DNA of 64,000 nt from Acidimicrobiales bacterium. GTDB lineage: Bacteria; Actinomycetota; Acidimicrobiia; Acidimicrobiales; AC-9. Every line of letters starts with the position of its first letter. Within the stretch, counting starts at the first letter, position 1. Where the stretch lies: contig JBPYEI010000102.1 of NCBI GenBank assembly GCA_051985455.1, positions 5,356-69,355 on the forward strand. Reading direction: 5' to 3'. The position numbers and the translations under genes are program-made. The notes under the pieces are model-generated. The model was not told the DNA's origin and searched no databases. It saw nothing but the letters and a program-made list of their open reading frames with translations. This document shows, piece by piece, positions 63,946 through 64,000 of this stretch.

Positions 63946-64000
63946 GAAGTGGCGCCTGGACCGGGTCGAGTGTCGGTCGAGCTCATGAGGAGGTCGAGGA

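Overview
The window is very GC-rich, with codon third positions almost all G/C. It looks like an actinobacterial-type chromosomal segment (Actinomycetota, possibly an Acidimicrobiia-like lineage; that placement is inference only). I can support about 65 protein genes and one tRNA. I found no rRNA, CRISPR array, transposase or integrase. Many of the longest ORFs in the six-frame track are antisense or out-of-frame artefacts of the stop-poor composition. I re-derived real starts, often GTG, from motifs, codon third-position bias and stop/start overlaps.

Contents from start to end:
- 1-6.1 kb: CoA-ester catabolism genes (MaoC hydratase, two acyl-CoA dehydrogenases, CitE-type lyase).
- 6-22 kb: fumC, an NlpC/P60 hydrolase, quinone reductase, SDRs, a radical SAM protein, lgt, pncA coupled to a large Rieske-domain protein, and one tRNA with an odd architecture.
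- 22-33 kb: an 11-gene co-directional array (GNAT, acyl-CoA synthetase, aminotransferase, a DUF501-Ppx fusion, CoxG, MocA, an adenylate cyclase, XdhC x2, CoxE, CoxD).
- 33.5-37 kb: a form-II-type coxL-coxS-coxM molybdoenzyme.
- 37-48.5 kb: a housekeeping block (ftsB, eno, mazG, PPIase lipoprotein, mfd, pth, rplY/ctc, prs, and a C-terminally truncated glmU).
- 48.6-50.2 kb: a NadD-like nucleotidyltransferase coupled to an Mrr-like PD-(D/E)xK protein.
- 50-52.3 kb: a GAF-PP2C phosphatase and a STAS protein.
- 52.4-56 kb: CoA-transferase and associated genes.
- 56.2-60.2 kb: the most interesting locus. A polytopic membrane protein ends in a (Cys-Gly/Ser)n tail and is translationally coupled to a DUF692/MNIO-type oxidase and a partner protein, preceded by a minimal nucleotidyltransferase and a PrmC-like methyltransferase.

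Other second-look items:
- a ~20-bp inverted-repeat motif family in three AT-richer intergenic spacers;
- the cox cluster sitting inside the conserved eno-ftsB-DUF501-ppx synteny;
- a class III cyclase embedded in the cox maturation operon;
- a class-I-shaped tRNA with a UAA (Leu) anticodon.
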